Source: Candidatus Poribacteria bacterium
GTDB lineage: Bacteria > Poribacteria > WGA-4E > PCPOR2b
Direction of reading: 5' to 3'
Length of the DNA stretch: 64,000 bases
NCBI GenBank assembly: GCA_022822005.1
Contig: JAJECO010000040.1
Span: forward strand, 90-64,089
The notes under the pieces were generated by a model. That model was not told the origin of the DNA. It saw only the letters and a program-made list of their open reading frames with translations, and searched no databases. Made by a program: the position numbers and the translations under genes. Below, piece by piece: positions 18,124 through 28,700 of this stretch. Each line of letters opens with the position of its first letter. Position 1 is the first letter of the stretch.

Positions 18124-20061
18124 TTGCAAGAGACATCCAGACGCAGGAAATATGAAGGCGCGACGGCGCGTGCAATACAGATTGGTCTGTTTTTAGTTCC
18201 CGTCAACGTCTATTGGGTGACAGTTGTGGAGATGAAGTACCGCGCAGAGGCGACTGCCCTGCCGATATTCATCTACCCCATTTTTATTCTGTTCTGCCTC
18301 GTTGTTTTCAACAACTGCCTATCGAAGGTGTGGGAGCGGATTAGCCTATCCTCCGGAGAGCTGCTCACCATCTATTCCATGCTCGTGATTTCGACCTCAA
18401 TCGCGTCGTATGGGATGCTGCAAGATCTATTCGCATTCTTCCTTCACCCGTACCAATTTGCCTCACCAGAAAATGAGTGGAAAGAACTTTTTTTCCATTA
18501 TATCCCGCCTTGGTTCACCGCCAACACGCCCTATGATATTCTCGCGGAATACTATGAAGGAGACTCAACACTTTACAAAGCGAAACACCTTAACGCCTGG
18601 GTGCAACCCGTATTGGTTTGGACAGTCTTCACGTTGGTGTTACTATTCATGCTCCACTGCATGAATACCTTAGTCCGTCGGCAGTGGGTGCAGACGGAAC
18701 GATTGGCGTTTCCAATTATCCAACTGCCGGTAGCGATGGTGCAGTCATCACGTTTCCTTAGGAACGGTTTTCTGTGGCTCGGCTTCGCTATACCCGCCGT
18801 CTTAGATCTGATGAACGGACTACACGTGCTCTTTCCATCCGTTCCATATATCCACCTTAAGTTGACATCCATCAGTCAATATTTCGCTGAGAAACCGTGG
18901 AGCGCGATGGCAGGCACACGACTTTCCTTCTATCCCTTCATGATTGGACTCGGTTTTTTCCTACCACTTGACCTCTCCTTTACCTGCTGGTTCTTCTATG
19001 TGCTGCGCCGGCTAATCAGTGTTTTCACCACTTATTTGGGGCTTACGCATCTCCCCGGCTTCCCGTACTTTCACGAACAAGCCGGCGGTGGCTGGTTCTG
19101 CCTATTCTTTATCGCGATATGGGCAACGCGGAAGCATTTGGCTTTTGTGTTTCGGTCCGCATTTTCTGCCACCCCATCGGTTGATGCTGATGAGCCGATG
19201 CGCTATCGAACAGCCCTGATTGGATTAGCTGGTGGATTTCTGTTTATGGCTATCTTCTCCGCTCAAGCGGGCATGTCAATAGTCGCCATTCCCATCTTCT
19301 TCGGTCTCTATTTTGCGATCGCCCTCGTTATTACCCGGCTACGGGCAGAGTTTGGCGCACCCCACAGAATATCCAATAATCCATCGGATGTGATGGTAAC
19401 CTGTTTCGGAACGCTGGCTTGGGGGGGGCGCAACTTAACTGTGATGAGTTTCTATCAGTGGTTTAACCGGAGTTACCGTTCGCACGCAAATCCGAATCAG
19501 TTTGAACCACTCAAGATGGCTGAGGTTGCCAACATCAACAGTCGTCGATTGGTTTGGGCGATGATGCTTGGATCTGCGGTTGCGCTTATTGTAGGGATGT
19601 GGATAAATCTGGACATGATGTATCGCGACGGGGCGATCGCGCGGGTATCCTTCTTTAAGATTTGGGTATCCAATACGGCATTCCGACGGTTGGAAAATTG
19701 GCTGTATCATCCGATGCCCCCCGATCTGCTACGGATGACATTTATGGGCGGTGGGATGGTATTGACCTTGATTCTGTTCGTCTTGCGGATGCGTTTCTTT
19801 TGGTGGCCGCTTCACCCCGCTGGCTACCCACTCGCACTTAGCTCCTCAATCGACTATTTCTGGTTCACCTTTTTCATAAGTTGGGCACTAAAAGCGGTTA
19901 TCCTGAAGTACGGTAAAGTTAGAGGATATCAACGCGCCATCCCATTCTTTTTCGGCCTGATTCTGGGAGATTTCATAGTGGGAGGGCTCTGGATGGTCTA
20001 CGGCGTCTTGACGCATCAGCAGGTTTATATGATCTACCTGAATGGGGGTACGTGGTATTAA
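18124..20061 (+). CDS. Polytopic integral membrane protein of unknown function.
   Basis: 645 aa with at least 12 hydrophobic segments. No recognisable transporter signature. Start uncertain; alternative ATGs lie downstream. Confidence 0.55.
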   Translation: MQETSRRRKYEGATARAIQIGLFLVPVNVYWVTVVEMKYRAEATALPIFIYPIFILFCLVVFNNCLSKVWERISLSSGELLTIYSMLVISTSIASYGMLQDLFAFFLHPYQFASPENEWKELFFHYIPPWFTANTPYDILAEYYEGDSTLYKAKHLNAWVQPVLVWTVFTLVLLFMLHCMNTLVRRQWVQTERLAFPIIQLPVAMVQSSRFLRNGFLWLGFAIPAVLDLMNGLHVLFPSVPYIHLKLTSISQYFAEKPWSAMAGTRLSFYPFMIGLGFFLPLDLSFTCWFFYVLRRLISVFTTYLGLTHLPGFPYFHEQAGGGWFCLFFIAIWATRKHLAFVFRSAFSATPSVDADEPMRYRTALIGLAGGFLFMAIFSAQAGMSIVAIPIFFGLYFAIALVITRLRAEFGAPHRISNNPSDVMVTCFGTLAWGGRNLTVMSFYQWFNRSYRSHANPNQFEPLKMAEVANINSRRLVWAMMLGSAVALIVGMWINLDMMYRDGAIARVSFFKIWVSNTAFRRLENWLYHPMPPDLLRMTFMGGGMVLTLILFVLRMRFFWWPLHPAGYPLALSSSIDYFWFTFFISWALKAVILKYGKVRGYQRAIPFFFGLILGDFIVGGLWMVYGVLTHQQVYMIYLNGGTWY

Positions 20062-20255
20062 AAAAACGTAAGCTGCTACCTCCCATCTGAATCTGGCTTT
20101 ACGGAACGTGAAACATAATGCGTGAAACGCAAATCAGTTCATTGGGTAATTAATGAACCAGTGAACTAATGAACAATTGCAGCTTCTTGTAAATTTCCCC
20201 GAATGATGCGACACAATTATTCAGAAACGGTATTATAAAGAAAGAAGGGGTTTTT

Positions 20256-21698
20256 ATGGCATCACACATCTCTAACGCTCGACCCGATCCGGACTCGATA
20301 CTTGTTGACATTGCTGCATACGTCGCGCAAAACGCTATTGACAGCGACCTCGCTTACGAAACAGCGCGCCACTGTTTGATGGACTCGCTCGGTTGTGCGT
20401 TGCTGGCATTGCGCTACCCCGAATGCACGAAACATCTGGGACCAACAGTCCCCGGCACACACGTCCCACACGGTGCCCGCGTTCCGGGGACGCAGTTTGA
20501 ATTAGATCCGGTTCAGGCGGCATATAATATCGGCGGTCTGATTCGCTGGCTGGACTATAACGACACATGGCTCGCGGCGGAGTGGGGGCATCCGTCCGAT
20601 AATCTGGGCGGCCTCCTCGCAACCGCCGACTACTTGAGCCGCCGAAATATAGCAGAGGGTCGTCCACCCCTTTTGGTGCGCGATCTTCTCACCGCGATGA
20701 TTAAAGCGCACGAAATTCAGGGCGTCCTTGCGCTGGAAAACAGCTTGAACCGTGTCGGTTTGGATCATGTGCACTTTGTGAAAGTTGCATCGACCGCAGT
20801 TGTAACAGGAATGCTCGGGGGCAGAGAGGAGGAGATTATCAACGCTGTTTCCAACGCTTTTGCTGACGGGGGCAGCCTACGGGTTTATCGGCAAGCACCG
20901 AACACCGGTTCACGTAAATCGTGGGCAGCAGGTGATGCAACAAGCCGCGCTGTATGGCTTGCATTGACAACGATGAAGGGAGAAATGGGCTATCCGTCCG
21001 TACTCTCCGCAGAGGGCTGGGGCTTTTGCGATGTGTTGTTCAACGGGAAACCCTTCGTCTGCCGGCAGCCATTTAGGGCTTACGTGATGGAGAATATCCT
21101 TTTCAAAATTGCGTTCCCAGCGGAGTTCCACGCGCAGACAGCGGTAGAATGTGCCTTCCAGCTGCACGAAGCGGTAAGGGATCGCTTGGATGAGATTGAC
21201 GAGATTACAATCACGACGCATGAGTCGGCAATCCGAATTATCTCAAAGGCGGGACCGTTGCACAACCCCGCTGATCGCGATCACTGTCTCCAATATATGG
21301 CAGCGATTGGGCTAATCTACGGAACACTTACCGCCGATCACTATGAGGATGAGATTGCGGCTGACTCACGCATTGACGCTTTGCGTGAAAAGATGACAGT
21401 TGTGGAAAATCCACAGTACAGCAAAGACTATCTCGATCCGGACAAACGCTCAATCGCCAATGCCCTTCAAATCCGGTTCAAGGATGGCTCAGTCAGTGAA
21501 AAGATTGCGGTCGAATACCCGATTGGGCATCGTCGTCGTCGCGCGGAAGGGATTCCGCTGCTGGAGGAAAAGTTTGTCAATAACTTAGCAACCCGTTTTC
21601 CGACGAAACAAGCGGAGACGATTACGGAACTTTGCTTAGACCAGGAGCGATTAGAAACCACACCGGTGAATGAATTTATCAGGCAGTTTATTATCTAA
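20256..21698 (+). CDS. prpD: MmgE/PrpD family protein, most likely 2-methylcitrate dehydratase.
   Basis: 480 aa, with PrpD-like length and motifs throughout (…[18 protein letters not shown]…). Confidence 0.8.
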   Translation: MASHISNARPDPDSILVDIAAYVAQNAIDSDLAYETARHCLMDSLGCALLALRYPECTKHLGPTVPGTHVPHGARVPGTQFELDPVQAAYNIGGLIRWLDYNDTWLAAEWGHPSDNLGGLLATADYLSRRNIAEGRPPLLVRDLLTAMIKAHEIQGVLALENSLNRVGLDHVHFVKVASTAVVTGMLGGREEEIINAVSNAFADGGSLRVYRQAPNTGSRKSWAAGDATSRAVWLALTTMKGEMGYPSVLSAEGWGFCDVLFNGKPFVCRQPFRAYVMENILFKIAFPAEFHAQTAVECAFQLHEAVRDRLDEIDEITITTHESAIRIISKAGPLHNPADRDHCLQYMAAIGLIYGTLTADHYEDEIAADSRIDALREKMTVVENPQYSKDYLDPDKRSIANALQIRFKDGSVSEKIAVEYPIGHRRRRAEGIPLLEEKFVNNLATRFPTKQAETITELCLDQERLETTPVNEFIRQFII

Positions 21699-21940
21699 CA
21701 GAGTGACACCTCACCGAACGGATAAATGCAGGAACTGACTTATTTTAGAGCGCTTCTTCTTGGCTACAGGAGATACAATTTTAAAATGTCTTAAAAATGT
21801 TCAAATTTAACGAAACCGAACGAAGAAAACCCTCGTTTGTTAAGTTCGACATACCACAAGATATTGGGTTACTGAACCCAATGGCACACAAAAAAATTAG
21901 CAGAATGTGCTGAGACCCGCATTATTACTGTCTTTTTCGC

Positions 21941-21969
21941 TTGACATACTAATGTGTGTATAGTATAAT
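21941..21969 (+). promoter_or_regulatory. Consensus sigma70-type promoter TTGACA-N17-TATAAT driving the HU gene.
   Basis: TTGACA at 21941-21946, 17-nt spacer, TATAAT at 21964-21969. AT-rich UP-like region upstream. HU start is 55 nt downstream. Confidence 0.7.
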
Positions 21970-22024
21970 TGACTCCGTTTTGTGGTACAATTATTAAGTT
22001 TCTTCATAATCTTAGGAGGATAAT

Positions 22025-22303
22025 ATGGCTGATGTAAGTAAGCAAGACGTCATTGATGCCGTCGCTGACGCGACCGGATCGAGTAAAGCAGACGCAAATA
22101 GAGCCGTTGACGCCGTTATCGATTGTATTAAAGGCTCTTTGGCCAACGGCAAGTCTGTTGGGATAATCGGATTTGGTACTTTTGAAGTTAGGAAGAGAGC
22201 CGCCCGTGAAGGTCGAAATCCCCAAACAGGTGCTACAATCAAAATCGGCGCGAAGAATGTTCCTGCTTTCAAAGCTGGTAAAGCGCTCCGAGACGCTGTT
22301 TAA
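22025..22303 (+). CDS. hup: HU family nucleoid-associated DNA-binding protein.
   Basis: 92 aa. [21 protein letters not shown]...[13 protein letters not shown] is the canonical HU arm. AGGAGGA SD. Confidence 0.9.
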   Translation: MADVSKQDVIDAVADATGSSKADANRAVDAVIDCIKGSLANGKSVGIIGFGTFEVRKRAAREGRNPQTGATIKIGAKNVPAFKAGKALRDAV

Positions 22304-22800
22304 GTAAGTAGTCACAGTGATCGTCAAGGCTTGCTTAGCTCCGCTTTGAGGACGTCTTGGCGATCGCCTCCCCCTATCCCATCTGTTCACAACCCCGCTA
22401 CGCCTTTATCCAATCCTGTATTTCAAGCGAAATACCCCACAACGCTAGATCGCCCTACCTCATTTACCAATCTCAATTTTTCCGATAGAGATATGCAGAT
22501 CCGAAAATAGTCGAACGCAAGGTGAGATGCTCCGTATATTCTTATCCAGATAAAAAAGGATGCATCAAGACAGTACCAAGGGCAGCTGCGCCCGGGAACT
22601 CAGCACTGTTTCTAAATCCCCACATTTGAACCTTAAATCACAGAATAGATTGACGCCGTATCATGAAATAGGCTACACTTATAGGAAAAGACCGAGCGCA
22701 TTGAGCAGAATGGGGCTGATTCTCGGCTGGATCGTCCTCGCACGGATTTCGCTTAGATGGCGCAACCTTGACAAATTAGTGACCTATGGAGAACGAATAG

Positions 22801-23823
22801 TTGAACAATACCAATTCCGTTGATGTGTCAGACGCAGATTTAGAAGCCGCAGAGTTTCTGAAAAATGCGCGAGAATCAATTCTAAATGAACTGAAGAAAC
22901 GAATTGTTGGTCAACAAGCAGTCATTGATGAACTATTGATTGCGCTTTTTTCACAAGGGCATTGTCTACTTGTGGGAGTGCCTGGATTGGCAAAAACCTT
23001 ACTCATCAATAGTCTTGCTCAAATCTTAGATCTTGACTTCAGTCGCATCCAATTTACGCCAGATCTGATGCCTTCAGACATCATCGGTACTGATATTATT
23101 CAGGACGATGTGGAAACTGGCAGGAGATCCTTTCGCTTCATTAAGGGACCTGTTTTCGCTAATATCGTGTTAGCAGACGAGATAAACCGTACCCCGCCGA
23201 AAACGCAAGCGGCATTGCTGCAAGCCATGCAGGAGTACAAAGTTTCCGCGGGCGGTACAACCTATGAGCTGGATCGTCCCTTTTTTGTTTTAGCGACACA
23301 GAATCCGATTGAGCAGGAGGGAACATATCCGCTGCCTGAAGCGCAACTGGATCGGTTTATGTTCAACATCTATCTTGATTATCCCGATCCTGCCGATGAA
23401 AAAGAGATTGTTATGACAACAACCTCTGCCTACGAACCGCAGTTAGATGCCGTCATCACAAGCGAAGAGATTTTGCGATTGCAGCAGGTGGTGCGGAAGG
23501 TTCCGATTGCCGAGTCAGTTGTTGATTACGCAGTTGCGTTGAGTCACCGTTCCCGTCCCAATGCGCCGGATGCGCCAGATTTCATCAAGGATTGGGTCAA
23601 TTGGGGAGCTGGTCCCAGAGCATCGCAATATCTTGTGCTAGGATCGAAAGCACGGGCGATCACGCATGGTCGCTATCATGTCTCCTACGATGACATACGC
23701 GCCGTCGCGAAACCGGTGCTCCGACACCGTATCCTCACGAACTTTAACGCCGAGGCGGATGGTATATCGAGCCTTGATATCATCGATCGATTGTTAGAAT
23801 TGGTACAACCTTCCGAAGCTTAG
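22801..23823 (+). CDS. MoxR family AAA+ ATPase.
   Basis: Walker A GVPGLAKT and Walker B LADEINR. Full-length similarity to MoxR/RavA-like ATPases. Start is TTG 22801 with GGAGAA SD; GTG 22825 is the alternative. Confidence 0.8.
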   Translation: MNNTNSVDVSDADLEAAEFLKNARESILNELKKRIVGQQAVIDELLIALFSQGHCLLVGVPGLAKTLLINSLAQILDLDFSRIQFTPDLMPSDIIGTDIIQDDVETGRRSFRFIKGPVFANIVLADEINRTPPKTQAALLQAMQEYKVSAGGTTYELDRPFFVLATQNPIEQEGTYPLPEAQLDRFMFNIYLDYPDPADEKEIVMTTTSAYEPQLDAVITSEEILRLQQVVRKVPIAESVVDYAVALSHRSRPNAPDAPDFIKDWVNWGAGPRASQYLVLGSKARAITHGRYHVSYDDIRAVAKPVLRHRILTNFNAEADGISSLDIIDRLLELVQPSEA

Positions 23824-24040
23824 GCAGAAGTATACACAGGAAAACGCGAAGACGGGAAAACCAGAAAACGGGAGGAAGTGAGAGTAAGGAAGTGGGAGAG
23901 CGAGCTTTTGAGGACTCGCCCCCTCACACACTCGCTCCCTCGTCCGATCATTTTCTCGTCTTATACAAACGTACTGCTACTTTCCGAGTTGCGGACTGTA
24001 ACCGTCAACTCATTAAACCCGAATATTGGAGGAAACTTAT

Positions 24041-24826
24041 ATGCGACCTAATAAATTACGAGAGTTGTTGAATGCAGGGAAACCGACGCTCGGCACTCAC
24101 ATCCACAGCACTTGGCCGTCCCTTATCGAGGCGATCGGGCACACAGGCTTGTATGATTATGTTGAATTTGTGGCAGAATATGGTCCCTTCGATCTACACG
24201 ATTTCGATAATTTAGGTCGGGCAGCTGATTTACACGGCATGTCCAGCATGGTCAAGGTCGACCAAGAACCGCGTGGCTTTATTGCGCAACGCGCAATCGG
24301 CTCCGGTTTCCAGAGCGTGTTGTTCGCCGACTGCCATACTGTGGAAGATGTCAAGGAGTGCGTGCGCATCTCACGGCCGGACACCCCTGAAGATGGCGGT
24401 TCCTACGGTGTTGCCACTCGTCGTTTTTCATACATGGGATATGGCGGCTCCGAAGAATATGTTAAAGCAATTAGAGACGTCGTCGTTGTGATTATGATTG
24501 AGAAGGCAGGTACCGTCGATAATCTGGAAGAAGTTCTTTCCATCGATGGGGTGGATATGATTCAGTGGGGTGGATCTGACTATTCGATGAATGTCGGCAA
24601 AGCCGGTCAACGGGGGGCGCCCGAAATTCAGGCTGCTGAGCGCAAAGTGTTTGAAACTGGCATAAAGATGGGGGTGCCGCCGCGCGCTGAAGTCAATACT
24701 GTGGATGCAGCGAAATCCTACCTTGATATGGGTGTACGACACTTCTGCATCGGTACTGATATTTCAATCCTTTTCGACTGGTGGAAGCGGAACGGCGACG
24801 ATTTTCGGAAAGCCTTAGACGGTTAG
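24041..24826 (+). CDS. HpcH/HpaI family aldolase (2-keto-3-deoxy-acid aldolase / citrate-lyase-beta-like TIM barrel).
   Basis: 262 aa. Family-typical length and motifs. Start moved to ATG 24041, 6 nt after GGAGGAA. Confidence 0.75.
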   Translation: MRPNKLRELLNAGKPTLGTHIHSTWPSLIEAIGHTGLYDYVEFVAEYGPFDLHDFDNLGRAADLHGMSSMVKVDQEPRGFIAQRAIGSGFQSVLFADCHTVEDVKECVRISRPDTPEDGGSYGVATRRFSYMGYGGSEEYVKAIRDVVVVIMIEKAGTVDNLEEVLSIDGVDMIQWGGSDYSMNVGKAGQRGAPEIQAAERKVFETGIKMGVPPRAEVNTVDAAKSYLDMGVRHFCIGTDISILFDWWKRNGDDFRKALDG

Positions 24827-24951
24827 TGTTATCTGATTTTTGAGATGCAATTACCATATACATGAGATAGTTGCATCTCTGCTTGTAAAATGCAACGTGA
24901 AACGTGAAACGCAATAGATGGGAACCTTCGCGTTTCACGCAAGGAGACGGT

Positions 24952-25539
24952 GTGGAACGTAAAACCGAAGTAGTCCGCGAAACGCGGGAAACTCAAATTA
25001 CACTCAAACTCAATATTGACGGTTCAGGAACCTCCAGTATCAACACCGGTGTTGGATTCCTCGATCACCTGCTTGAACTCTTTGCCAAACACGGCTTCTT
25101 CGATCTTGAAGTAAATGCCACCGGCGATCTTCACGTTGATGCACATCACACCGTTGAAGATGTGGGCATCTGCTTAGGTGATGCTTTTAGGGAGGCAGTT
25201 GGAGACAAGGCAGGAATGCGTCGATTTGGCAGTTTCACCGTTCCGATGTATGAGGCGCTTGCGCAGGTTGACCTGGATCTCTGCGGTCGCTCCTACCTTC
25301 ACTACCAGACCCCACTCAACTATGGAAAGGTAGGCACGTTTGACGTAGAACTTGCTGAGGAATTTTTCCACGGGTTTGCCAACCACAGCGGAACGACGTT
25401 GCACATCAATGTCCCCTACGGAACCAATCGCCACCATATCATTGAAGCAATTTTCAAGGCAGTTGCAAAAGCACTTGATATCTCCACAAGTATTGATGAT
25501 CGCGTCAGCGGTGTACTTTCAACCAAAGGCACCCTATAG
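24952..25539 (+). CDS. hisB: Imidazoleglycerol-phosphate dehydratase.
   Basis: RETRETQITLKLNIDG...GFLDHLLE...DLHVDAHHTVEDVGI...HHIIEAIFKA are IGPD hallmarks. GTG start at 24952 with AAGGAGA SD. No other his genes adjacent. Confidence 0.9.
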   Translation: MERKTEVVRETRETQITLKLNIDGSGTSSINTGVGFLDHLLELFAKHGFFDLEVNATGDLHVDAHHTVEDVGICLGDAFREAVGDKAGMRRFGSFTVPMYEALAQVDLDLCGRSYLHYQTPLNYGKVGTFDVELAEEFFHGFANHSGTTLHINVPYGTNRHHIIEAIFKAVAKALDISTSIDDRVSGVLSTKGTL

Positions 25540-25779
25540 AAGAATATTGTTTTTCGTTGTACCAACCAGCCGCACAGAAGAATCCTCCCACTCCGTAGGC
25601 TAAATCATTTTTGTGTAAACTAGCCCCTTCCTTTCTACGTTTATCTCCAAATATTGGCAAATTGTCATGAGAGCTATCGGCCGTATATTTAAATTTCTGA
25701 TGGATGCGGCAGGTATGTTCTGGCAATCTGCCAAATTAGTGACCGGTTTATCCGATCCCAGATCTGACGGAGATACGTA

Positions 25780-28700
25780 TTGAATTTGCTCGTCACAAAA
25801 ATGTTCCGCCCTCCTTCCCTTTTCATCCTCGCACTTATTTTTGCTACGCTACATCCTCCCGCTGCTCACGCCGAACCTGTCCTTAAAGACGTATCGTTGA
25901 CGGAATCCTACATCCAACGCCGCTCACTGGTGCTCGACCCGAAAGAAGACATCGCTCCCTCCGAACCCGCGGAACCGTCGAAAACCCAGAATTTCTGGGC
26001 ACCTACCGCAGCTACAGATCCGTGGAAAACTCCGCCACCTCTGACCGACAAGGAAACAGAAGAACAGGACCTCCGCCTCGAGATGTTGACCCCATATTTT
26101 GAGTCGTTGCGCCGGTGGAAGAATCCAGATTACCTGCTCGATCTCCGCGACCTTGATGACCTACGTGCAGGAAAACGGGAAGAGCAGGAGAAGGGAATTG
26201 CGCTCCCGCTCCAGTCCAACCTTCAGATCACAGGGCATAAGTCGGTAACGGTTGAATTACACCAAACACACTATTTCGGCGAGGGCGATATTAATCGTTA
26301 TGGTGGCAGCTACGGAGGCGGTAGTTTCGGTTCTGGGCTCGATCTCGGGTTGACCTCCTCCTACAGCTACGATAGTTTTGGGAGCGGTTTCGGTGGAGGG
26401 TACGGTGGAGGGTATGGTGGGGGATATGGGAGCGGATTCGGCGGAGGGTTTGGCGGATATGGCGGCGGATACGGGAGCGGTTTTGGAAGCGGTCGTTCTG
26501 GGGTGCCCCGCGACACTGGGATAAATATTCGCCAAACTCTCGAAGTAGGTCTACACGGTCGGGTTGGGGAACACACCCACGTTGAGGTGGATTATAACGA
26601 CTCTGGCGGCGGATATGGCGGCGGATACGGGGGCTATAGCAGCGGTTATGGGGGCGGATACGGTGGAATGAAAGAGCAGAAAATTCGTGTTTGGTATGAA
26701 GGAACGGAGACAAGCATCCTCAAAACCCTCTCATTTGGTGACTTGACACTCAATCTGCCCAACGCTCGCTTTCTGAATGTCAATCGTAATCTATTTGGGC
26801 TTGAGGCGGTTGCCCAGCTTGGTGGTGCAAGGTTGACTGCGTTCGGCTCTCGCAGCAAAGGTCTTTCGGATATACGTCGTTTCCGCGGGGAATCGCGACG
26901 CGCGGCAGGCGGCAGGGGTCACCAAATTCCCGACGCAAATTATGTCAAAGAACGCTTTTACCTAATTCAACTCGGCGAAGATGAGCTTCTCCACGACGCC
27001 TACCGTCCAATTAAGCACGGCAGCGAGGAGATCTATATTGACGACAACGTTGCAGGTAACAATCAGGGCGGCGTACGGACGGGGCGTGGTTACTTCAATC
27101 TGCAGCAAGCAGGTCAGGACTATAACATCAATTACGAAACCGGTGAAATCGAGTTCTTAAGCCCAATTTCTGCCAGTTATGAAATCGTGGTCGCTTATGA
27201 ATATCTCGGCGATGGCGGTGGTGTGGTTGGGAGTCCGGGAAACGTCTTTGCAGACGAGAACGGGGACGGCACAGTCGACGAAGAGGGTGAGGAAATCGGC
27301 TATGTTACCATCAAAGGGAAGAGCCTGCGCGGAACAGAATCGCGGCGTGTGTACAGCCTCGGCAACCGGAATATTAGTCCACGAGACTATCAGATCGTGA
27401 TTGTGCGTCAGGGGAGCGGCGAATCTTTTGATACGGGGAGCGAAGAAGTCCCGTACATCCAGATCTTTGGACTCGATGAAAATGGGGATGGCATCGTTGA
27501 TCCAGAATTTATTGACTTTGACAGGGGCCTCCTGACATTCCCTGATTTGCGTCCCTTTGTCATTGATGACCCTCAAAGTCCGTATTTCCAATTTAGTGAT
27601 CGACTAAGTAACGAAGCGATCTATCATGAGAATCCACGGACGACTGATGCCGCCTATACAATCATCGTCGACTATTCTTTTCAATCGGAGACGTATAACG
27701 TCGGGTTGTTTGTAATCCCCGGTAGCGAGAAAGTCCGACTCAACGGGCGACAGCTGCAACGCGATGTTGATTACACGATGGTGTATGAGGTAGGAAGTAT
27801 CCGTTTCTTTACTGAACTTGATGAATTCGATGAGATCGTGGTCGAATTTGAGAGGACTCCATTTGGCGGATCATTGCAACAGACGGTCGCTGGCCTGTGG
27901 TTAGAATATTCCTACGTTCCCAAACAGAAGAAAGTAGAGGAAAAAAAGGAGCAGGAGTTCGACCGGTTTGAAAGACTCATCGGTACAACCGATCGTCCGG
28001 AAACCGACGCTATGTTTGAAACGAGCGATACCACCTTTGGGCGCAGATCTTCCGATGGATTTGGTAGCAGGTTCGGTGGCAGCCGATTTGGCGGCGGTCA
28101 GTCTGGGCGGTTTGGAGGTGGGTTCGGCGGTGGTGGTTTTGGCGGATATTCAGGTTTCGGTGGTCGATCAAGGCGAGGATTGCGTGCAGGAGGCAGCAGC
28201 TACTTCAGTCCAACCTTCCAAAAAGGATTTAGCTTCGCAACAGGCTATATCCTGAACACTGGACAAAAACCGTCTCGTATTCCTGACGTCAATGGTGCAC
28301 CGAGCAGATTGCAAGCTGTTAACTTCAACACCACCTTTGGTAGAGATTTCAATTTGGCGCCGCTGTTGAATCCGTTGCCACTCATCGCGATGCGTAATTT
28401 CCCGCTGTCTATAAATTTCAGCGGGGAAACAGCGTTCTCCCACAACAACCCGAACAGTGTTGGCCTCGCTCTAATTGATAGTATGGAAGGGACACGAGAG
28501 GCGTCAAACACTCCCACGTTCAAACACCACTGGCGCGTGAGCAGCCTACCTGTAGCAGAAGGCGTAACTCTGGACAATCGGGCGCTGTTTCGTGTGCTTG
28601 CGAAGGATCGCAATGAATCCCAAGCTGTTGGCAACTATATGCGCAATCGTGAGGTGCCTGCATCGGTAATCAATCCGCTGGCAACTTCGACGGAAGAACG

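Noticed and set aside
17932-18129. 65-aa ORF inside the 17911-18067 MITE.
   Set aside because: The sequence is repeat-derived (family B hairpins), so any coding appearance is incidental.
22709-22760. GGGGCTGATTCTCGGCTGGATCG...GGATTTCGC resembles the first ~30 nt of tmRNA (ssrA), which starts GGGGCUGAUUCUGGAUUCGACGGGAUUUGCG.
   Set aside because: No tag-peptide reading frame ending ...ALAA-stop. No T-arm/CCA-like 3' end in the following 400 nt. A full tmRNA would overlap the conserved N-terminus of the MoxR gene. Probably a chance 12-mer or remnant; flagged only for checking with a tmRNA covariance model.
22560-22823. 87-aa ORF in the 500-nt HU-MoxR intergenic region.
   Set aside because: No SD, odd composition, and it overlaps the MoxR start and the conserved 16-mer motif. 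The region is more likely a regulatory/5'UTR region.
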